Positions 24,801-38,649 are shown, counted from the first letter of the stretch. The stretch is 64,000 nt of DNA from Octopus bimaculoides (GCF_001194135.2 NC_068995.1:51095057-51159056), one strand, 5' to 3'. Translations and numbers: made by a program. The notes: generated by a model not told the origin, from the sequence alone.

Positions 24801-27799
24801 GTTTCAGTTTTATTACACTTACTTTACTGCATATGCTTATGTAGTGTTGAGAGGGGCAATAAGTAAATGCACAAGAATGAATTCTTGTTAGTGTAGAAGC
24901 ATTCAAATATTCAAAAAAGAAAAAATTACTTTTAAACGTCAATAGTTAAGTGCTAACACATTTAATGCAGGAAACATTAAAATACTTATATGTCTAGAGT
25001 TGTTTATGTTGTCTTTTAGAGTTAACCGATCAACTTGAGAGCATAATCTACATAAACAAAAAAAAAAATTTGTTTAGCCCCAGATCAACTCTGAGGAAGC
25101 TTATGATCAAAGGTTTTCCAAAGATGACCATCCCGTCACATTAATACACTGTCGAATGAATCCTTCGTTTTTTGAAAATGGTATGGCGAAATTGAGGGAG
25201 ATATGGTTGTTATATATAGCATGTAAGGTAATCTTTTTTGTATTTAACTCTCGGTCAGCCCTGACTGTGAAGGTCTATGATAAAAGGCATTCCAACCATT
25301 ACCATCCCATCGATTTTGTACATCCAGGACAACGTTATCCAATATGTCTTTTGTTATTTGAATCAGAACGATGTGATTTTTGAAAGATTTGACAATAATT
25401 TTTTTTTAGAAAATCAAGAGACAGAGGGAAAGCTCTTTTGCATTCACTTGGTGGTGTAAAGAGACGAAAATCGAAATAAAAAACAAAAAGTTTACACAGC
25501 GAAAAGACGATTGGGAAATCTCCCAACTGCAGATTAAATACTGAGGTAAACAGATAAATAATATTGTAGATATCATTGATAAGAGAAACTCCAAATAGGG
25601 ATATGGTGTTAACCAAATAGCTTTATTGCTGCTATCAACAGTTTCAGCGAAGGAAGCGCTAGGATACTTATTGTCACTATGACCTTTCAATCGCAAATTT
25701 CACAGAATAATGGTATCATGTTACATAGAATCGAGCTTTCGAGGGAGCTTTCTCTGATCGCATTACTGGTAAAAAAAAATAGCAACCAAATTTCCCCCAA
25801 ATCACACCCTACGATTTCTAATAAACAGGAGCATACTGGATACTATATAGCTGAGGTATATAAGAAAGGGATGATCACTGCTAGAATGCATTTCATCATA
25901 GATCTATTCAATTGGGTTTGATCTAAGACATTCCAGCCCTGACATCCAGACATTAATTCAGATATAGTACATCTAGGACTACATCATCTACGTGTTCACC
26001 TTTTTTGTAAGAACAGAGGGCGTGATTAGGTGATATTTAGAAGTTATTTAAAGCAGAAGTTTATTCGTTGGTTCGCAAACAACATGTTTAGAATGGAGTA
26101 AGCGAGCGTCTTCGGATAAATGTAACCTGCTTTCAAATAGATTTTACGTAGCGGTTTCGATTTCCGGTCACACCTACTTCTTTTCATTGTCATTTCTGGA
26201 GGAAATGTTGACCCTCAAGTAATACCATGACGTCTAAAGAGAAAACAACCCATTAATAAACACTGCTGAGGATTAGTAAATGTTTGATATGTGGCTCCGT
26301 TTGCTTCAACTGTATGTATGAAATAAAAACTTTTATCATATTTTATCGGTCCAGTGGTATATATGGGAGGAATCAAGGCTAAAAGTGAAAGCGTATTTCT
26401 ATATCCGGCGTGAAGATTCGGTTATTTCTTGGAGGTAGCTAACAGAATTATATAGCTATTTATTATACAGGAAGAAATCAATAATGAGTGTAATGTAAAA
26501 TCCTTCCCTTTACTGAATGAGTAAAGTTTTCCTTCGCTTCCCATTTAATAGAAAAATATATATATATATCGTGTCTTCACAATACTTACTCCTTTCGTAA
26601 CGGAGTATGATAGTTAATCAACATAAATCGACTTATAATAAAAGAATATAGGCGAGCCAGAATATAATTTATATTTAAATGGTGAAAAATAATTGAAAGA
26701 GAAAATAAATGGATATGGAAGAAAATGAATTGCGAATTAAATGAGGCATTGAATGAAACAATATTATAGTACATAATTTAATAACGTTTTTGAGGAAATA
26801 AATCTAAAGATGGAAACACTAAGTGGATTAATTATGAAGAGGATTTTAATAATGTAGAAACTATTAAATGAAATGAAAATAGGTTACCTAATGGGGACTA
26901 GAACAACTCGTCGAATTCTACCAAGGTGACCGTTGTAGATAAAATATAAAAAACGACAAAGCAAACGAAAAATACAGTGATGAACCGCACAAATGTTCAC
27001 AATCTACTGTATGATAATTATGTTTTAGATATAAACAAAACCTACATAATTACAGTTTTATTCAACGACAAATTAAGTAAAATATTAGGGTGCGAGGTCA
27101 CACAACCAATGAATAAACTCACAACACAGAGATGAAAGCTAATGCAATCTGTTGAATTTATAATATACTGAAAATAGGAAGATAGTTATCTCTAAAAAAT
27201 ATTTTAGTAGAATTAGATGTATTTTAACAGAAAGCAATCAGAAAGAGATAAAGGATAGGAAGTAAATGTTTATTGATTGATAATAAAACAGTTTTTTTTT
27301 TAATACATGGAAAAAAAAAGCCAAGATGAAATCACTGAAGTAATAACATTTTCCAGCTGCAAATGGACAGATCAAAGAATAAAAACAAATGATTGATAAT
27401 GTCTAGTATAGAAGAAATAAAGTTAAGCAATGTAAGTGATATCTTGTTACTTACTTCTCTCCAGCAGTGATAATTTTACCGTGTGTATATAAATATATAT
27501 CTTGCGGGTCGCAGAGATCGAAGTGAGATATACATTAGTGCAAAACGGTGAAAGGGTGAAACAGTTGCCCTCGCTTAACCAAATAGAGCTTTGGATGATA
27601 TAAGATTTTCAGATTACTTACTAGATTTGTATTTAATACAGAAATTTCAAAAAAAGCATTAAAATGGACCATTAAATACTATTAATCAACGTCATTTAAG
27701 TAAGATTGTCTTGATTACGAAGTAAGTAACACTCAATTCGAAGAATAACATTCCGGAATATTCTTTCAGATTGTGAATCTATATCATTCAGAAATGCTA

Positions 27800-28020
27800 G
27801 AGGATAATTCTTGATTTCTATTACACTTACCTTGTTTGTAAAGTTAAATATCTTAATTGATTAATGGATTGGTAAAGTTCATATTTCTATGAGGAGAATA
27901 TAGTTAATTTTACAAGATTAAAACTCAGTAGGAATAAAATTTCAATAAGGACATTTTGTGACAAGAGACCGGTTGTTTAGCTTCAACAACGGCGCAAACA
28001 CATTGAATGAAGTAAGTCAA
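27800..28020. promoter_or_regulatory. Putative shared promoter and first non-coding exons of FKBP8 (-) and SNRNP35 (+)
   Basis: Minus-strand donor AAG|GTAAGT (GT at 27830-27829) and plus-strand donor GAA|GTAAGT (GT at 28012-28013) point away from each other ~180 nt apart. They lie between the two divergent genes, both of which need an upstream UTR exon. The surrounding ~25.4-29 kb appears richer in CpG by eye. Confidence 0.45.
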
Positions 28021-28723
28021 TATTTTACTTTATCAACAATACTTGACGAAGTCCTGTATCTAAGATTATAATTAATTTTTAAATATTTACTTTGCTTGCA
28101 AAAACAGGTACCGAAAGATCGCCCAGTCTTTTACTGATATTACTGCTTTGTACTATTATAAATTGAATATTCCATCATAATCTTACCGATTTCGGTAGGA
28201 TGTTGTTCAAATACTTGTTTGTTGGTTTATAGCATTAGTCAATAATTTAAGAATTACTTTATGAAGTTTTCTTCTGGATTAAATATTTCTAATATTCCAA
28301 TTATCACCGCGATTGATTTTTATTTTAATAAGTTTGGTCACATGAAGAAAAGATCAAACCCTGCCAAACTGTTGGGATGCCCAGCTCGAATACCTGCCGG
28401 CCAATGTTTGAAGGAAGGACGCGGAAAGGGGAACCAGGAAGCGTTTAGTTTGAATACTTGCGAAATAGTAAATCCTGCGAAAAGTACCCAAGGCACAAAT
28501 AGTGAAATTTTTAACCAGACAGCATGGTAGGCCTGCGAACGCTATCTTAATTTCGTACCACATGTAACTGTTTCGCTTTTCACCAAAACAATTCCTCTTT
28601 TTCCACTTTCGTTTCTGCCTGTCATCTACATGTAATTAATCTCCACAATGTTTACTTCACGCTTATCTACTGTAGCCACAGAACCCGTGTATGTGTATGT
28701 ATGTATGTGTGTGTGTTGTGTAT

Positions 28724-28769
<46 letters not shown>

Positions 28770-30410
28770 GCATACAACTGCACGGTGGCTTTTTCCGAGC
28801 ATTCTGCATATTACATATATACTTTTACATTAAAAAAAAAAAAAAAAAAAATCAATAGGTTAAGTTATTCAGAGAATCAATAAATCTAACTTGACCCAAT
28901 AAACTTGTAATTTTAGCTACGCAAACAGCAAAGATGTTGCTTAAAGACCAGTGAATCGAAAGTACAGTTGTACGTATGTATAGTGATGAAATGATAAAAT
29001 ATAAAATATTCTTTGTTCAATCAAATGACACTAACATCGTGATGTTGCCTTATACCTATCCAAGATTGTTGTTTTAAACCCAGCTCACCTACGATCTAGC
29101 AGACCTTTGGTTAAAGGTGTTTCAGCCATGACCCTCCCATCGTATTTTCAGACATAGAAATGCCTGAAAATAAGATGTAGTCCAGGTGTTTCTAGGACTA
29201 CATTATTCAGTGTGTTCTTCCTTTTTTTTAAGATAGCAGGGATTTGGATAAGATCTGGCTGTTATTTCTACCAAGTCGAGTTTCTCTCTGGAGTTTCACT
29301 TGGCACTAGAATTAATAAACCAAGTACCAGTGAAGTACAAGGGTCGATTTAATTGACCTCTCAACATTTATAGCTTTGAGACCATGTATGAAACGATTAC
29401 GATTTTTCAGTTAATGTGTAGGTAAGGCAAAATATATACATGTCTTACATATTCTGGAATTTGATGCTGTGGTTCAGCATGTGAGTTTTTCTTCCTTCCT
29501 TCCTTCCTTTAAACTTGATCGTTTTTGGTTTAATGATATGAACACTGATACATACAAGCGTGCACACTCTGTGCAGTTCGAGCTAACATCATTGATCTGA
29601 TGCTGTTTCTGTGTGTTCTATTTGTTTGCCACTGGACAGAATAGATATGATAAATGTGTGCTTCTGCTGAAATGAGAACAACGCCCTTTCCCCAACACAT
29701 TTATTCAGCTATCAAGATGGTCAGTAACTCATATTTCTTTCCCTTCTCTCTACTTGATTTATAGACTTCAAGCCATTCTATACTCCACCCCAGGAAGTCA
29801 AACCTATCTTTCATTGTACTTTATTACCTCCTCCTTCTATCGTCACCCCCCCCTCCATCTTCCTCTTAAATAACTGCTTTGCCTCAGGAAAAGAAATCTT
29901 CATCAATATTGTTATTTCTGTTATTTTAAAATTGTTAGAGCATTGGATGGGCTGCTTTACAGAGTACTTCTCAGCGTTCTGAGTTCAAATCTCGTTGAGG
30001 TCAACTTTGTTTTACATCATTTTGGAGGTTGATAAAAGAAAAGTGGAAATGATCTCAATTCAGCGCAGTGGACTGGCAGAACAGGTTATGCCTTGTGGTA
30101 TTTGTTCTGGATCTTTGGTTTCTATCAGCAGTTTCCATGACAACACTGATGCCCAGCTGTATCAGCCTTGCTTTTCTCTTTGGGGCCACAGCATCAGTGG
30201 TGTGTGAAGGGGAAATCCTTTACCCAAGCCTGTGTAAATGGATGCAAATACACGGCAAACCTGACCAGCAGAGGCCTTCGTAGTTGAAGAATCAGTGGTG
30301 TTCAGCTATGTCTTACAGTGAAATTCATGTGTTTGGATGAATTTCTATGTTGTGAGTAGCAGAGGAATCTAATGCTTTGGGGATGTTTATTCTAAGAAAA
30401 AGGGAAATTT

Positions 30411-30413
<3 letters not shown>

Positions 30414-30504
<91 letters not shown>
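30414..30504. repeat. (TC)n microsatellite
   Basis: Direct reading. Confidence 0.95.
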
Positions 30505-30506
<2 letters not shown>

Positions 30507-31483
30507 AAATAATTAGATAACTCTGAAACAACAAATTCCTCTTCTCTCTTCACAGTATAATTTTACCAATGCATACCTTCACCTGGTTTCTTGGTCCCTA
30601 ATTTTTAACTGTCTTATAGTATTTCATTTTGGCCTTCTACATTCTGAGTTCAAATTGTACAGGTTTCAACTTTACCATTCATTTCTCCATGATGACATGC
30701 TGAGATTGAACCTGTCTTTGCTTTTTGTCCTTTTGGGTTTGGTAAAATATGATAGTCACAGGTTATGTTACAGTAGTCAAAATGATGTCTTCATTTTGAT
30801 TATTGCTTTCTCTACATTTTGATTATGTACGCTCCAGCCTTCTTCAGGTGTTTTGCCTGGGATTGAACTCAGAACCTCTAAATGACTGGACTGCATTACC
30901 AACGTCTTTATCTTTGTTTATGCCCTCCATAACTTAGTGGTTCAGAAAAAGTGACTGATAGAGTAAGTGCCAGATTTTTAAAAAATGAAGTAGAAAAATT
31001 AAGTACTAAGTTGATTTGTTTGACTGAAAGCCTTCAAGGCAGTGCTCTAGCATGGCCATAGTCAAATGATTAAAACAAATAGAAAGTTGTGTGTGTGTGT
31101 GTGTGTGTGTACATATATATAATTTTCCCTGATTAATTTGTCTTAGGAGTGGTTAGATGAACTAAAAAAGATCTTTATTGACAGCCACAATTGCAGTGGC
31201 TATCAATAAATATCTTTTGTGTTTTGTAATTGACCTCTGAATCTGGTTATATTTTATCTGCCTCACTAGTTAATGCCAAAGTCAATTCAGTTCAACAAAA
31301 CAGAATTTTCTAGTTGAAAATGTAATGATTATCTTTTGAAGTATTTTTTTCTTTTCCTCTTCCTTTGATTTCTAATGCTGATAAATACATGGTTTCAAAG
31401 TAATATATTCAGGGTACATCACTAACACCCTTTCAACACTACTTGTATCTATTTCTCTTATCCCATTCTGTTTTTAAGTATAG

Positions 31484-32232
31484 TTTTATATCCTTGTATG
31501 TTGGATATATAATTTAACAAAGCTGTTGGGGAGAAAATATATACACGTTGCACTACTATTAATATTAAATGAGACTCAATACTCTATATCAACAGCTCAC
31601 AGTGGACTGTTTACCAACCCAAACTGCCAATCGCTCACAGTTCTTTATTTTATAACAATGAGTCAGTCCACCTTCAGTCACTTGGAGAGCAGGGTCAGAA
31701 TCCTTCCACAACAGCTCCCCTTTTTAGAATCAGTCTCTCCTGTCTTCTCCTCTTTTGAGAATTGAACTCTGCTCCAAGTTTTAATATCTCTTATGCTTAG
31801 GGATCAATTCCAGTGTTTCCTCTCTTTTCCGTTTTCTGGTGCTAAAACGCGTAGTTCCAAATTGTTTGGGTGTTGGTACCTCAAACATGTTGTACAATAC
31901 TTCCATGGGAATTTCCTGTGAGAGTTTGTATCTCATCCTCGTTACCACTTTTATATCCTTGTATGTTGGATATAGAATTTAACAAAGCATTGAGAAAGAA
32001 AGTATATACACGGCGGTGCATCAGCATGGCCGCAGCTCAAAGCTGAAACTATAAACAACAACAACATGTTGCGCTGCAAATAATATTACACGAGACTCAA
32101 TGTTCTATATCAGCAGCTTGCATTGAACTGCTTACCAACCTGAATTGCCAATAACTCACAATTCTTTACTTTATAACACTGAGTCAGTTCACCTTCAGTC
32201 ACCTGGTGGGTGGTTGGAATCCTTCCACAACA
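31484..32232 (-). mobile_element. Miniature non-autonomous LTR retrotransposon (TRIM), 749 bp
   Basis: Direct repeats 31484-31713 and 31949-32232; 5-bp TSD TATAG at 31479-83 and 32233-37; PBS TGGTAACGAGGATGAGAT (minus, 31947-31930) one nt after the 5' LTR; PPT AAAAAGGGGAGC (minus, 31725-31714) abutting the 3' LTR. Confidence 0.85.
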
Positions 32233-33908
32233 TATAGTTAATGTGCTATCATTTATTGGTTTGGTGTGTAGGAAGAGGCTGTGCTCATGGTTTTTGTAGA
32301 GAGCCAATGTCCTGAGGAGGAAGGACTGGGTATAGTAGTTGAGTAAGGGGTTAGGCTGATGGAAGCACAATACAGGTGGCAAAAGGAAGAGGGTTGCATG
32401 TGTTGAGATTACTTGGGCAGAGGTGGCACAAGACCAGCCATCTCAAAAGAGCAGAGGCCACTACAGTAGTGGTAGAAAAGGCAGAGAGAGGAGACAGTCC
32501 TGTGTACACACATGTAGTGATTTCATTTCATTTTTCTTTTCTTTTTTTTAGACAAAGACATTCACACATTTCTATTTGTGTCAATTGGATTGAAAAATCT
32601 AGCAACAAAGAAAAATACAAAACCAGTTGGTAAGCTAAGAATTTAGCATCTAGTTTTCTTGAAAATTTTACTGTTTAGAGATCCTAAAACCAAGGTGTCA
32701 CACAAAAAGCATTGGTGTGGGTGCTGGTGTCATGTAAAAAGCACCCAGTACACTCTGCAAAGTGGCTGGTGTTAGGAAGGGCATGAGCTGTAGAAAGCAA
32801 GCCAAAACAGGCTATGGAATCTGGTGTGGCTCCTGGCCTTGCCAGTTCCTGTCCACCCATCTAACCCATGCCGGTATGGAAAACAAATGTTAAATGTTGA
32901 TGATGGATGAGGTATGGCTGTGTTGTTAAGAAGTTTGTTTCACAACCCCATGGTTCTTAGTTTGATCAAACTGCATGGCAAATTAACAAATGCTTTGTGG
33001 GTGAAAGTTGATAGACAGAAACTATACAGAAGCCTCCCTCGCTCTCACACATACACATGTCCTTCTGTGACTTTCCATTTGTTTTCACACTGAGGCTGCT
33101 TTGGCATCAGTAATGTTTGTTTATGTCCCACCAAAACAATATATTTTATAGCATGGCAGTTTAATGTGCAATGACTAGTTGAAAAGACATCCATACCTTC
33201 TCACTAAATAATTTTGGCACAATGCTTCAAATTTTTAGACAGTAAATTTGATATCATTAATGTTTTTTGGAAAGTGTTAAGGACGTAAATAAAGTGAAAT
33301 GACTTAAAAATGGAAGTTAAACTTGGGTCTCAGAATCAGTTCACCATTAACTTGAGTGCAAAATTGGAAAAACTTTGTGTTAAAGGGACATAACTTTGGA
33401 TTTAACTGATGAAATGAAAATATCGTACATTTCACAATATAAACACCAGCTCTATGCTCTGAATTGATATTAAGCCTTTTGATAGCAACACATCTGAGAC
33501 TACCTGTGGTTCCTTTATACAAATCTGTCTGTTTTAAAATATTTATTGATATGTTCAAAACCCTAATTTAAGAGTTTTCAGTGATGCACTTCATGAAAAG
33601 AAAATAACTTACCTGAAGCATTAGAATCTATTTTGAAAGTGAAATAAACGAAACTATATGTTATTTTTTCTCAAAATCTCTGTGAAATTCCACCTCTTAT
33701 TCTCAGTGCATAACCCTTCTCTTTGCTAGGGTGATATTTGAAGGAGATTTAGTTGCTCTTTTTAACAGTTCGAGTGACTGCATAGAGACCTATTGTTAGT
33801 AAAATTTGAGTCAATGGCCTTAAAAATTTAGAAAATTTTGTCATTCATTATGTTGGGTTGGTTTCACTCCTTTGCTTTTATACTTTCTTTTGTTTTTATT
33901 TTAGAAAA

Positions 33909-34685
33909 ATGGCAGAGGATCTTTGGTCCCCTATAGCTCACGTGTATGACCCCCTTATGGCAGGGAGTATCGATGGAACAGACGATGTTGCCCATGACCA
34001 TGGCATAGTGCGAGCTCTCAGTTGTAAATATAAACCTAACAAACAGGTTGCTGGAGATCCTAGCAGGACAATTTTTGCTTCCAGACTGAACCCGAAAACT
34101 GATGAGAACAGCCTCCGTAGATGTTTCAGCGAATACGGCCAAATTAAGCAGTTACGTCTTATCCGAGATATTGTTACAGGATTTACACGAGGTTATGGTT
34201 TTATAGAGTATGAAGAGGAGTATTCCGCACGAAAGGCCTTCGTTCAAGCGAATAAATCTCTGCTGGATGGCTCTGAAATATTCGTTGACTTTGAACGGGA
34301 ACGAATTTTGAAAAACTGGGTTCCTCGTAGACTTGGGGGAGGCTTTGGTGGAAATAAAGAATCAGGGCAATTGCGTTTTGGCGGTAGGGACCGGCCGTTT
34401 AAGAAGCCAATTATTGTCAATTCAGATAGTAACAGTGGATATAAAAAATGGGACTACAAAGACAGCTCCCACCAAAAGAATAGGGATTTTCAACACAAAG
34501 ATGGCAGGTTTGGCTCTGAAAGGGGAGGGAATTATTCTCGGAGTGATAGCAGAGAATTTAGAGATAGAGGAGACAGAGGTGGGAATTCTGAGAGGAACTA
34601 CAGAAGTAGAGAAAGAGGGAGAGAGAGTTTAGAATCTAAATACAGAGACAGGGGTTATAGAAATGAGGAGAGAAGAAATAGATGA
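33909..34685 (+). CDS. SNRNP35: U11/U12 small nuclear ribonucleoprotein 35 kDa protein (258 aa), single coding exon
   Basis: MAEDLWSPIAHVYDPLMAGSIDGTD...HD.GIVRA N-terminus; RRM with RNP1 RGYGFIEY; ER.LKNWVPRRLGGGFGGNKESGQLRFGGRDRPF signature; R/D/E/S-rich tail. The ATG follows a polypyrimidine tract and AG acceptor at 33903-33904, so the ORF-track extension from 33858 is intronic. Confidence 0.96.
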   Translation: MAEDLWSPIAHVYDPLMAGSIDGTDDVAHDHGIVRALSCKYKPNKQVAGDPSRTIFASRLNPKTDENSLRRCFSEYGQIKQLRLIRDIVTGFTRGYGFIEYEEEYSARKAFVQANKSLLDGSEIFVDFERERILKNWVPRRLGGGFGGNKESGQLRFGGRDRPFKKPIIVNSDSNSGYKKWDYKDSSHQKNRDFQHKDGRFGSERGGNYSRSDSREFRDRGDRGGNSERNYRSRERGRESLESKYRDRGYRNEERRNR

Positions 34686-34934
34686 AAATAAATTATTTAA
34701 TTTATTATTTTCAAGACAATGGAGTAGAAGAAATGAGAGAGTACCAGATTAAACACCTGGCAGTATTTAATTTCATCCCTCTATGTTCTGAGTTCAAATC
34801 ACACTGAAATCAATATTGACTGACCAATAAAATAAATATTAGGTACGTACCAACTAGAGAACCTCCTGTGGTTGCTCTGTCCGATTAAAGTAACACCCAA
34901 ATCTTAAAAAAGGATACATTGGGCATTGGTACAG

Positions 34935-35330
34935 GTATAGCTTTGTGGTTAAGCAGTTCACTTCACAACCATGTGGTTTCAGGTTCAGTCCCACTAAACA
35001 GTACCTCAAGCAAGTGTCTGCTACTATAGCCCCAGGCTGACATATGCCTTGTGAGTGAATTTGGTTGATGGAAACTTTGTAAAAGCCTGTCATATATTTA
35101 CATACACATATATATTTGTGCATGTGCATATCTGTGTTTGTCCCTTCACTTATGGACAACTGATATTGGTTTGTTTATACCCACATAACTTTGCAATTCG
35201 TCTTAAGAGGCTGATATACTATGCACCCGATTTAAAAAAATAAGTCCTGGGGGTCAGTTTGATTGGCTAAACCAATCAAGGTGGTATCCCAGCATGGCCA
35301 CAGTCCAATGACTGAAAGAAGTAAAAGAAT
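34935..35330 (+). mobile_element. tRNA-derived SINE, family A, ~250 nt downstream of the SNRNP35 stop
   Basis: Same head, core and tail as 49240-49720. Confidence 0.75.
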
Positions 35331-38300
35331 AATGTAATCCCATTTATACAACACGACTGGATAATGACAGCTGAGACTCCTTTGACTAAAGTTCTGTTTA
35401 GTCAGCACTGATTAACGGTCGAATGACATTATTATTATTATTATTATTATCATCATTAAACATGTCCTGGAATTGATTCAGTTGCCTTTGCTCTTTCCCT
35501 AAAAATCATACATTTTTTTCTTTAATACTCTGGGATAAAATATAGTTTCAACTTTTGACTGCTTGTGACAGAGAATGGGCTAAATGTCTTCCAGAATTAT
35601 ATCTCAGTGGCTCTTCCACATCTCTGTGTTCAAATCCCAGATGATGTATTCCACTCTGGATACCCCAATGGCAGATCAGGTGGATGAAGTTACATAACTC
35701 GGCAGATGAAGGCTGCAACAGATTTGACCACTTCAATTGTACTGGTTTCCTTGCCATTTGGGTCCAGTTGGCAGATTTGTGAAGGTCTGCATGAATCCTG
35801 GAGTGTGGCAGCAAGTACACATTAAACAACATCACACACAGGCATCTTTGTTTCAAGAAAGAAACACTGAAAACTAGGAGTGCAGAGATCCATCATCAAA
35901 GAGGAACTAACAACTTTTGAGACCAGTCGGATTGCTGAACAAGAGGAGGCACAGAAAAGATAGAAAGGAACAGCCTAGAAGAGATCCTTCATCTGGAACC
36001 ACCTGTCTCATTTGGAAAAATTTTTAGACATTTTATTGTTGTCTTCCACCATTCTTGATCTTGAGGGGTAGACACAATGATGACAATAAAAAGTTTTTAA
36101 AAAATTTCCCCAGGTCCTATATGTGAAATTGGGTCTCCCAAAAGTTTTAAAGCACTGAAAACTTATTTTCCCTGAGTACGCATTGCTGAATTTGGAGTGT
36201 ATCTTATGTCACTGTGCGTCTTTTATGCTATCAAATGTAATATTTATGTGATCAAAATTTGGGGGGAGGGGTCCAGTCGAATAGATCAAACCCAGTACGC
36301 AACTGGTACTTAATTTATTGACCCCAAAAGGATGAAAGGCAAAGTCAACCTCAGCGGAATTTAAACTCAGAATATAAAGACTTATGAAATACCGCTCAGC
36401 ATTTCGCTCGGCATGCTAACATTTCTGCCAGCTCATCGCCTCAGTATTTATGTGATATACGAGAGTGTTGCCCATTGTATAACAAGCAACTTTGGGAGTA
36501 TATTTTTGTCACAATGGCTAATATCAGGAAATACGGCATACATATAGTAATTATAGTTTAATTTTTATTAAATTTCATAGTGCGTATACAAAATGCTGAA
36601 TACTAATTTTCAAAAGAAAAATATTATCTTAAAATTAAAATAAATGAGACAAATTTCTCATTTGTATATTTGCAATAAATATATGTTATTATTTTTCTAA
36701 ATTTTATCAACATAATTGCATTCAACTCCATCTTTGCAAAATTTTATTTAAGAAAAGGGAAGAAAAAAGTGGGGTTTTTTTTTCAGAAAAATATGTGGTG
36801 GGGTACCAAAGAGGAGTTATGCTCCCTCACTCTCATCGGGCCTAGTAGGTGCACCTATCTTCCATGTCTAATGTTAAAGCTCTCTTTATCTCTCTTTACA
36901 CTCCCCACCTCTTCATATTACACACACACACACACGTACATATGCACACATTTTTTCCAAGCGAAATCTTTATGCCATTACTGCTCTGAGTTTTCTGTTG
37001 CTATCATGTCCTCATAAACCATCTTCAGGAATATGATAGCAACAAGAAACTCTTGAGTTGCAATGAAGTGAAGTGTCAGATTTAAATAAATTGATAAAGG
37101 CGTCTACCACTAATATCAAGTACTTGTTTTTCTTGCTTGTCTATCCAAAGATACATTCACTCACACACGCACGCACACACACACACACACACACACACAA
37201 ACAAACAATATATATATATACACACATATATGTATATATGAGAGTCAAGACTATTAAAAAGGTTGCAAGACGCAACGAAAATTTTAGGAAAATAAAAATA
37301 AGAAATAAGTGGAAATTTTAAGGCACAATAAGAAAATGACTCTCCCCAGACACAACAATATATATATGTATATATATTTATATAAAAAGGAGATTGTAAG
37401 AATTTCGGATAAGTATTTATTTAGCAGTTTCATCTCATTTCAGAGAACCATCAAGAATATACGTGTATGTATGTATGTATGTATGTGTGTTTATACATAC
37501 ATCATCATCATATATATATATATATATATATATTCACAATTTCATTCAGCAATTGTCAGTCACACAAAATGGTTATCCAGAAGACTGGCCATTTTAATCC
37601 TAGTAAGCTATTTAGAACATTGCTCACTGTTGGGTTTCCCAATCTCGAGTGTAATGTGTTGTGTGTGTGTGTGTAAATTAATTTTGTTATCTCCTTAAAT
37701 TATTAGCAAGTAAATAAAAAAAACCTCAAAAAACAAGACCTGTAAAAGTATATAAAAATGTAACTAAATTGTTAATAACATCATTGAAAGTCTTTGTTGT
37801 TGTTGTTGATTTTGCATATCTTTATCTTGTTTTAGAAAATAAGGGGATCTGTAGGGATTACTAAACACGATTATTTTATAGAATTCATTGTTGTTAGGGG
37901 ATTAACTGAGCTGAAGGGCTGAAGATAAATAATTTGAGCACCTTAAAATAAAATCTCTGCTCTGGGCTAAAATAAACACAAGTCTTTATTTATGTTTGGT
38001 TTTATTTATTTTCTTTTATTTTTTATATTTACTTGTCCTTATGATATTTATATCGTAAATATTTCATTTATTTATTTTCCTTAATAATGTATCAAACATG
38101 CATCTGATCTGATTGCCACCTATTCCAGTGCTGGATTAACAATTAAGCAAGATAAGCACATGTTTAGGCCATCAAGGGAAGCGAGGCACTAAAGAAATGG
38201 TAAATGGCTTATGGCACTAAAGAAATCACTTTAAACTATCCCAAATAATATTCAGGATGTTTTATCTCTACTAAGTATAGAAACAGATGTGTTATGTAAG

Positions 38301-38649
38301 ATTAATTCTGAGGATTTGATCAAAAACTTTGTGATTAAAAAAAAAACAGTAGAAGAAAACTTTTAGAATTTAATTAAAGTGGAAGTATACAAAAATAAGC
38401 ATTATTTTCTATCTTACAACTAATTTTGTTTTATTTTGAATTATAATTGTATGGGGCCACTAAAATCTTTTAATTGCTTAGGGTCTATGGATCTTAATCC
38501 AGCCCTGATCTATTCATGTATCTTTCTTCATCTTCTCTTAGACAATGGATGTCTCCTACCGTCAGCACATGGCAATCAGTTACTCAGTCAAACCAGAACA
38601 ATCTTTTATCTTTCTTTTACTTCTTTCAATCATATCAGCTGAAATGTGT

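Noticed and set aside
31488-31960. Two ATATCCTT U12-type 5' splice-site motifs (31488 and 31953) in the SNRNP35 intron as a U11-binding autoregulatory enhancer
   Set aside because: Both come from the duplicated LTR and are 465 nt apart, whereas the known enhancer is a closely spaced, conserved tandem. A rough estimate gives about two such 8-mers per strand by chance at this base composition (another is at 58079). All traced FKBP8 introns are ordinary GT-AG.
33858-33908. N-terminal extension MVSLLCFYTFFCFYFRK of the SNRNP35 ORF
   Set aside because: It is the polypyrimidine tract and AG acceptor of the 5' UTR intron read in frame; homology starts at the ATG at 33909.
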